Assembly (NCBI GenBank): GCA_965223845.1
Contig: CBDCXR010000004.1
Span: forward strand, 1 to 64,000
Origin: Planctomycetota bacterium
GTDB taxonomy: Bacteria; Planctomycetota; UBA8108; SXIK01
Direction: 5' to 3'
DNA: 64,000 nucleotides
Part shown: positions 57,685-64,000 of the stretch, piece by piece
Numbering within the stretch: the stretch's first letter is position 1
Layout: the number at the start of each line of letters is the position of its first letter
The notes under the pieces: model-generated
The model's input: only the letters and a program-made list of their open reading frames with translations
Told to the model about the DNA's origin: nothing
The model's database searches: none
Program-made: the position numbers and the translations under genes

Positions 57685-59772
57685 ATGAGTGGAAGCAACG
57701 CTCGTGCGAAACGAAGCGGGCGGCTGGCGGGTGTGTGGCTAGCTTTTTTCGTCGCCGCGGCGTTGAGTGCGGCGAGGGCGCAAGACGATCCGTGTGATGG
57801 AGCGTGGCAGGAGCGCGCGATCGAGATCGTCGGCGGACAGGCGACGCAGACCGCGCTCGCTCTCGACGTTTCGAACAATGCCTATCTCGCGAGCGTCGTC
57901 GGCGGACGCATCGTCGTCCATGTGATCAGTCCGCGCGACACCTTCGAGGTCCCGATCGTCCATCCGGAGGAGGGAGTCCAAGCCGACCCGTCGTTCGCGA
58001 CGAATGGGCTCGGCGTCACCTTTCTCGCCTACAGCCATCTCGGCGCGGACGAGCCTCACATCGGACGCGATATCATTCTCGCGCGGAACGGCGGGAACGG
58101 GTTTCAGTTCTTGCGCAACGTTTCCGACAATCGCCTCGACGATTACGCGGCGCAGCTCGCCCTCGGCGGCTCGGGTGAACCACACCTCGTCTGGGCGCAG
58201 CGAGTCGGTGACTCGACGCGCGTCCTCTACTGGACAGAAGCGATCGAGACGTCGAGCGTCGTCGCCACGGAGGGAAACTACCCGAGTCTCGCGATCGATC
58301 GCGACCAGCGCATCCACGTTGCGTTTTCTCGGGGGAACGACGTCGTCTACTCATCCGGGGACGGGAACGAGTTCTCGACTCCAGTCCCCGTCACGCAGTC
58401 GCTCTTGATTCCCGAATCGAGCGTCTCCGTCGCGGTCGATCGCGACGGTGCGGTCTTGATCGCCTACGAGAGCCACCACAGCCTCTACGTGTCGGTGGCG
58501 GCCGACGGCCGTCGTTTCGCTCCGCCTCGTCTTCTCGATGCCGGAGGGGTGCTCGACCCGCTGCTCCGTCTCAAGCGCGATGACCGGGTAGTCATCGGCT
58601 ACGCGAAGAACGGCGACTTCTACTCGATCCTCGGCAACTCGGCGTCGTTCGATCCGCCGATTCGACTGCAGGAATCGTCCGCGGTCGAGAGCTTCCCCAG
58701 CCTCGACCTCGATCTAAACGGCAGCCTCCACGGCGGCTACATCCGCGATTCGGTCGTCTACTACGGGAACAACGCTTGCGCGCCGACGATCGATTTCACC
58801 GCTACTCCGACGACCGGACGCGTTCCGCTCGAGGTCTCCTTCACGGATCTTTCGAGCGGGGGAATCGAGCGCTGGGAGTGGGACTTCGGTGACGGCAATC
58901 GCTCCGGCCTGAAGAATCCCGTTCACACCTACAACGACACGGGAGTCTTCGACGTCACTCTGCGCGCCTACGGCGCCGGTGGGGTCGTGAGCGAGCGCAC
59001 CATCGAAGGGCTCATCGCCGTTCAGAATCCACTTCACAGCATGCGCATCCCGGACCAGCAGGTCCTTCCCGGCGCCGAGGATGTCTGGTTCCCGGTAATC
59101 GCGACTTCCGTCGATAAGATCCAGGGGTTTCAAACCGCGGCGACGTACGACCCGAACTTTCTTACCTTGAACGGATACAACTTTTCGCTGACGGCGCTCG
59201 AGACGAATCGAATCGATCCGGACTTCGTTCAGCTCAACGACTTTGGAACCTATCTCGAGTTCGGTACCATCTTCGAGACACAGCAGCCGTTCGAAGATCT
59301 CAAGCTGCCTCCGATTCGTGAGCAGCGTCTCGTGCACTTCGTGTTCGATGTCCCGAACGGCGCTCCTCAGGGTGAGACGACTCGCGTTGAGCTGATCAAC
59401 AACGCGAAGATTACGCGGATCTTCAATATCTTCATCGTCGACGGGCGCAATCGCATCCCGGCGATCAAGGGGGCGAACGTCAAAGTGCGCGTCGTCGAGC
59501 CGCCCTTTCCGAGTCGCTTCGTCCGCGGCGACTTCAATTCCGACGGCACGGTGAACGTGGCCGATGGCATCGGGATCCTCAATTATCTGTTCCAGGGAAC
59601 GGTAGACCCCGAGTGCTTCGACGGCGCCGACTCGGACGATTCGGGCCGCGTCGACATCACCGATGCGATTCTGCTCCTCAACTTCCTTTTCGTCGGGACG
59701 GCGCCGCCGAGTGTGCCGTATCCGAACGACGGGCTCGATCCGACCGAGGACGAGCTCGGCGAGTGCTTTTGA
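57685..59772 (+). CDS. Paralogous secreted propeller-like + PKD + cohesin-like + dockerin protein
   Basis: WEWDFGDG..NPVHTY; IQGFQTAATYDP; FVRGDFNSDG. Confidence 0.87.
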   Translation: MSGSNARAKRSGRLAGVWLAFFVAAALSAARAQDDPCDGAWQERAIEIVGGQATQTALALDVSNNAYLASVVGGRIVVHVISPRDTFEVPIVHPEEGVQADPSFATNGLGVTFLAYSHLGADEPHIGRDIILARNGGNGFQFLRNVSDNRLDDYAAQLALGGSGEPHLVWAQRVGDSTRVLYWTEAIETSSVVATEGNYPSLAIDRDQRIHVAFSRGNDVVYSSGDGNEFSTPVPVTQSLLIPESSVSVAVDRDGAVLIAYESHHSLYVSVAADGRRFAPPRLLDAGGVLDPLLRLKRDDRVVIGYAKNGDFYSILGNSASFDPPIRLQESSAVESFPSLDLDLNGSLHGGYIRDSVVYYGNNACAPTIDFTATPTTGRVPLEVSFTDLSSGGIERWEWDFGDGNRSGLKNPVHTYNDTGVFDVTLRAYGAGGVVSERTIEGLIAVQNPLHSMRIPDQQVLPGAEDVWFPVIATSVDKIQGFQTAATYDPNFLTLNGYNFSLTALETNRIDPDFVQLNDFGTYLEFGTIFETQQPFEDLKLPPIREQRLVHFVFDVPNGAPQGETTRVELINNAKITRIFNIFIVDGRNRIPAIKGANVKVRVVEPPFPSRFVRGDFNSDGTVNVADGIGILNYLFQGTVDPECFDGADSDDSGRVDITDAILLLNFLFVGTAPPSVPYPNDGLDPTEDELGECF

Positions 59773-59862
59773 AACTCGCGCGGCGCACGTAGTCTGGACG
59801 GAACGCGTTGCCCGCTTCCGGGCCGGAACTTCCGTCGAGCCGTCTGCCGAAAGGGGGAAGTC

Positions 59863-60864
59863 ATGAGAGAGATATCGTTCGCACGCAGTCGCTGGTTCGT
59901 CGCCGGAGCGCTCTTCGCCCTCGTCGCTTGCGCGATCCTAGCGAGAGGATGGGAGCGGCTCGTCGGCGAGCCGGATCAGATCGCGAGAGTCGCAGACGCA
60001 GCGGCTCCACCGCCGGCGAATCTCGCGGACACCGGCGACGGCAAGCTCCGCATCATCGTCTTCGGAGCGCATCCCGACGACTGCGAGATCAAGGCGGGAG
60101 GCGTCGCCGCGAAGTGGGCGGCGCTCGGACACCACGTCAAGTTCGTCTCACTCACGAATGGTGACATCGGGCACTGGGCGATGGCGGGTGGGCCGCTCGC
60201 GCAGCGCCGGCTGCGCGAGGTCGAAGCCTGCGCCGAGATTCTCGGTATCGAGACGGAGGTTCTCGACATCCACGACGGCGAGCTGCTCCCGACGCTCGAA
60301 AATCGACGCGCGGTGACCCGTCTCATTCGGCGGTGGCGGGCCGACATCGTTCTCTGTCACCGTCCGAACGACTATCACCCGGACCACCGCAACGTAGGTG
60401 TCCTCGTGCAGGATGCCGCCTACATGGTGACGGTGCCGTTTTTCTGTCCCGATACGCCTCACCTCACCAGCAATCCCGTTTTCCTCTACCTCCTCGACGG
60501 CTTTCGCAAACCGAATCCCTTCAGCGCGGACATCGCCGTCGGAATCGACGACGTCGTCGAGAAGAAGCTCGCGTGCATGGCCGCTCTCGAGTCGCAGTTC
60601 TACGAAGGTGGCTGCAATGGCTCCGCCGCCCTCGTGCCGGCCGACGCAGCGGGAAGGGAGGCGCGGCGAACGCACGTTCGCGAGCGGTTCGCGATGCGGT
60701 TTGCCTCCTGGGCGGAGACGCACCGTGAGCGGCTCGCCGAGCGGTACGGCCGCGAACGCGCGAGCGAGATTCGTTACGCCGAAGCGTTCGAGATCTGCGA
60801 GTACGGTCGTCGACCGTCGGAAGCGGAGATCCGCCGACTCTTTCCGTTCTTTCCGGCGCAGTAG
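59863..60864 (+). CDS. PIG-L/LmbE-family deacetylase, probably exported
   Basis: GAHPDD, TNGD, R..E, YHPDH, EAF; N-terminal hydrophobic segment. Confidence 0.92.
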   Translation: MREISFARSRWFVAGALFALVACAILARGWERLVGEPDQIARVADAAAPPPANLADTGDGKLRIIVFGAHPDDCEIKAGGVAAKWAALGHHVKFVSLTNGDIGHWAMAGGPLAQRRLREVEACAEILGIETEVLDIHDGELLPTLENRRAVTRLIRRWRADIVLCHRPNDYHPDHRNVGVLVQDAAYMVTVPFFCPDTPHLTSNPVFLYLLDGFRKPNPFSADIAVGIDDVVEKKLACMAALESQFYEGGCNGSAALVPADAAGREARRTHVRERFAMRFASWAETHRERLAERYGRERASEIRYAEAFEICEYGRRPSEAEIRRLFPFFPAQ

Positions 60865-60889
60865 ATGGCGCTCGCGCGGCATTCGGCGA

Positions 60890-62347
60890 TCACCGAGGCG
60901 AGCGGTTCGCCGCGCCTCGACCTTCGGCGGCGCGTGGGGGCGTGATCGGCGGGACGAGCTCGCGGAGCTTCGCCCAGTCGAACGCGATTTGGCGGAGGAT
61001 GCGCAAATAGGAGAGCCGAAGCTCGCGGTGGTCGCGCTGGATCGGAATGACTTCAGCGAGCGAAATCGCGCCCGCGGCGTACCGCCGATTCGTCGCGTCG
61101 ACGATCTCACCCGAACGGGGCATCAGCTCGTCGCGATAGATCGCCGCCGTTTCGAGTGCTTCGGCGAGCTTCCAGTAGAGGGAGCGCAGCGACGTCGCGA
61201 GCGTAGCCTCGGTCGCGCTGCGCGCAGCTCGCGCGGCTCGCGCGTCCGCTCGAGCCTCCGCCAAATCTCCCTGCCGGCGATCGAAGAGCGGCAGCTCGAT
61301 CCCGACGCCGATGTCGAAGGCTTCGTCGTTCGTTTCGCCGAGGTGACGGTAGAAGAAACCGAGCTCGAGATCGGGAATTCGCGCCGCCTCTGCGAGCTCG
61401 ATTCGCGCTTCGCTCACGTCGATCTCCGCGACCGCCGACTGGATGAGTGGGCTCGCCTCGACGGCTTTCAGTACGGCTCCGAGCTCGGGAAGCGAGAGAG
61501 ACTCGGCGAGCTCACCGTCGAGAGCGATCCCCTCGAGGGATGCGTCTCCGGCCCCGAATCCGCCGAGCGTGCCGACGAGCTCAACGAGCGCGCGCCGGTA
61601 CGACGTCTCGGCGCGGCGAAGCGAAAGGCGGGCGAAGGCCGCCTCGAGCTCGGCACGAGCTCCTTGGTCGCGGGCGACGTCGCCCGCCGCCACGCGATTC
61701 GCGGTGATCGAAGCCGCCTCGCGCGTTCCTTCGAGGAGCTCGCGCTCGATCGCGAGCGCATCGCGGGCGAAGAGAGCAGCAGCAAACGCTCCGCGAACGC
61801 TCCGTTCGACGTCACGCATCGAATGCGCGAGCTCGGCGAGGAGCTGACGGTGCCGCGCGTCCTCGACCGCCTCCGCTCGACTCAGTCGACCGGAGAGGGG
61901 AACGGTCTGGACGATTCCGATCGGGTACTCCGCGTCGCCCGCCGTCTTCCCGCGAAAGCGCGCGCCTTCGATCGTCGTCGAAAGCACCGGATTGGGCAGC
62001 GTTCCGACTTGAAGCTTCCGCCCGAGCGCGGCCTCGATGTGGGCTCGCGCACGAACGAGCTCGGGACGCCGATCGAACGCGATCGCCGCGGCTCGCTCGA
62101 GCGTCAGGGGGACGGCGAAGAGCTGTTCGTCGACCGCCGCGGTGGTGGAATCGTCCGCGACCGTGTCGTTCACCGCGGTCGTCACGTCGCCGCGAGCGAT
62201 GTCGTTTTGAGAATCCGTCGTCTCGCCCGACGATGGGGGGCGAAGCGGTTCTAATTCCGGCGGAAACGCGGTGCAGCCAGCGATCGCGAGCGCGCCGGCG
62301 ACGCCGAGCGGGAAGCGGAGCGGAGAGCCTCGTTGACGTCTGTTCAT
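60890..62347 (-). CDS. TolC/CzcC-family outer-membrane efflux lipoprotein
   Basis: Lipobox IAG-C; LPNPVL, IPDLELG, IELPLFDRRQG; coupled to the RND gene. Confidence 0.88.
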   Translation of the reverse strand: MNRRQRGSPLRFPLGVAGALAIAGCTAFPPELEPLRPPSSGETTDSQNDIARGDVTTAVNDTVADDSTTAAVDEQLFAVPLTLERAAAIAFDRRPELVRARAHIEAALGRKLQVGTLPNPVLSTTIEGARFRGKTAGDAEYPIGIVQTVPLSGRLSRAEAVEDARHRQLLAELAHSMRDVERSVRGAFAAALFARDALAIERELLEGTREAASITANRVAAGDVARDQGARAELEAAFARLSLRRAETSYRRALVELVGTLGGFGAGDASLEGIALDGELAESLSLPELGAVLKAVEASPLIQSAVAEIDVSEARIELAEAARIPDLELGFFYRHLGETNDEAFDIGVGIELPLFDRRQGDLAEARADARAARAARSATEATLATSLRSLYWKLAEALETAAIYRDELMPRSGEIVDATNRRYAAGAISLAEVIPIQRDHRELRLSYLRILRQIAFDWAKLRELVPPITPPRAAEGRGAANRSPR

Positions 62348-64000
62348 GACTCTTCTCCCGCCGAAGTCCTCCGAGTTTGAGCAGTGCCGAAGCGCAGGAA
62401 GAGCGCGGGCACGACGACCATGTTGAGGAAGGTCGCGCTCACGAGTCCGCAGAGGATCACGGCGGCCATCGGTGTTTGAATCTCGTTTCCGGGCTTGTTC
62501 GCTGCGATCACGATGGGCACGAGCGCGAGCGCCGTCCCGATCGCCGTCATGAGAATGGGAAGCAGTCGCTCGACCGATCCGCGATACACGGCTTCCCGGA
62601 AGTCGTCGACTCCTTCCTGTCGCTGGAGATGGCGAACGTGCGAGACGAGCATGATGCCGTTTCGCGTCGCGATCCCGAAGACCGTGATGAACCCGATCAT
62701 CGATGCGACGGAGAGCGTTCCACCACTCAGGAAGACTCCCCCGACCGCGCCGATGAGGGCGAGCGGGAGATTTGTCATCACGAAGAGCGCATCTCGCACC
62801 GACGCGAACGCGAGGTGGAGCAAGAACCCGATCGCGATGACGACGAGTCCTCCGAGTACGAGGAGAATCGCGCCGGCTTCCTCCGCGCTTTCGAACTGCC
62901 CGCTGTACTCGACGCGGTAAGACGGGTAGCTGCGGATGATCGGCTCGACGCGCGCTCGGATCCCGGCGACCACCGAGGTGATGTCGCGACCGGCGATGTT
63001 CGCTTGGACGACGATCTTGCGCTCGACGTTCTCCCGACTGACGGCGTTCGGACCCTTGTCCCTCTGAATCGACGCCACGGTGGCGAGCGGAACTCGCACG
63101 CCGGAGGAGGTGTCGATGAGCAGTCGACCGAGGTTCTCGATCGACCATTCCTCGCGTGCGCGAAGTTTGACGACGACCGCAAAGGACGCTCGCCCCTCGA
63201 GAACCTGCGTCACGGTGAGACCTTGGACGGCAGCCTCGAGCGCCGCGGAGACATCCTGAACGGTGACGCCGTAGCGCGCGAGCGCCTCTCGATCGTAGTC
63301 GATCGAGAGCACTGGGACGTCGCTCTGCTGCTCGAGCGCGAGATCGACGACCCCTTCGATCGATTCCATTTCGACGCGAATGCGCTCGCCGACGCGCCTC
63401 AGTTCGTAGAGGTCCGGGCCGAAGATCTTCACCGCGAGGTTCGCTCTCGTTCCGGAGAGCATGTGGTCGATACGGTGCGAGATCGGCTGGCCGATTTCGA
63501 TGTTCGTCCCCGGAATCTGTGCGAGATCGCTTCGCAGCGCGGCGAGAAACTCGGTTTTCGATCGCTCCCCGAGGGTAAACGGGACGTCGATCTCCGCACC
63601 GTTCGTCCCTTGGGCGTGCTCGTCGAGCTCCGCACGACCGGTCCGCCGGGTCGTCGTCGTTACTTCTGGTTGCGCGAGGATTCTCTTCTCGACCCAGCGC
63701 CCGAGCGCGTCCGACTCGCGGAGACTGATTCCGGGAAGAGTCGTCGCGTTGATCGTGAGCGCGCCTTCGTTGAAGTCCGGAAGGAACGTTCGGCCGAAGA
63801 GAGCGAGTTGCACTGCCGCAGCGAGGAAGAGCGCGAGAGCGGGACCGGTGACGAGAAGGGGATGGCGGAGAATCCATCGGAGACACACGCCGTAGGTGTT
63901 CTTGAGCGTGCGCGCCAGCCGGGGCTCGCGCGGGTCGCGGACGCTTCGGCTGGATGGAAGAAGGATCAAGCAGAGCGCGGGCGTGACGGTGAGCGCCACG
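62344..64000 (-). CDS. CzcA/CusA-family heavy-metal RND permease (C-terminal part)
   Basis: FLPDFNEG, RRTGRAELDEHA, QPISHRIDHMLSG, GIATRNG, ERLLPILMTA. Confidence 0.93.
   Translation of the reverse strand, partial: VALTVTPALCLILLPSSRSVRDPREPRLARTLKNTYGVCLRWILRHPLLVTGPALALFLAAAVQLALFGRTFLPDFNEGALTINATTLPGISLRESDALGRWVEKRILAQPEVTTTTRRTGRAELDEHAQGTNGAEIDVPFTLGERSKTEFLAALRSDLAQIPGTNIEIGQPISHRIDHMLSGTRANLAVKIFGPDLYELRRVGERIRVEMESIEGVVDLALEQQSDVPVLSIDYDREALARYGVTVQDVSAALEAAVQGLTVTQVLEGRASFAVVVKLRAREEWSIENLGRLLIDTSSGVRVPLATVASIQRDKGPNAVSRENVERKIVVQANIAGRDITSVVAGIRARVEPIIRSYPSYRVEYSGQFESAEEAGAILLVLGGLVVIAIGFLLHLAFASVRDALFVMTNLPLALIGAVGGVFLSGGTLSVASMIGFITVFGIATRNGIMLVSHVRHLQRQEGVDDFREAVYRGSVERLLPILMTAIGTALALVPIVIAANKPGNEIQTPMAAVILCGLVSATFLNMVVVPALFLRFGTAQTRRTSAGEES

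Noticed and set aside
60890-63886. 998-aa ORF suggesting an extended TolC
   Set aside because: The N-terminal part overlaps the RND gene in another frame; the real start is 62347, with a lipobox

Overview
GC-rich bacterial window, most likely Planctomycetota. This is an inference from the H-X9-DG prepilin, the FxRGD dockerin-tailed secreted proteins, the tandem divergent groEL genes and the ECF/anti-sigma pairs. In order it contains: (1) a TPR + PGRP-type amidase lipoprotein, truncated and missed by the ORF track; (2) four secreted dockerin-tailed proteins, one a tandem cupredoxin, flanking a 109-aa Cys4 + sigma-70 region-4 regulator; (3) a dcw cluster (mraZ-orf-rsmH-ftsL-ftsI-murE-murF-mraY-ftsW-murG-LysM-murC-murB-ftsQ-like) that lacks murD, ddl, ftsA and ftsZ and ends in a SAM hydrolase/halogenase-family gene; (4) a chaperone operon groEL-groEL-dnaJ-grpE-fmdB-yacG with no groES, behind a sigma-54-type promoter; (5) a prepilin, a BamB-like lipoprotein, tilS, a TPR peptidase and rsgA; (6) two ECF/anti-sigma pairs bracketing a group of MshEN/DUF4388 proteins, followed by very acidic envelope proteins; (7) two paralogous PKD-cohesin-dockerin proteins, a PIG-L deacetylase and the end of a CzcA/CzcC efflux operon. 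No rRNA, tRNA, CRISPR array or mobile element was recognised. The best candidates for a new system are a non-cellulosomal cohesin-dockerin surface assembly with a blue-copper cargo and a putative Fe-S regulator, the FtsA/FtsZ-less dcw cluster, and a GroEL pair in which one copy lacks the catalytic Asp398 equivalent. All annotations come from reading motifs by eye; no searches were run.
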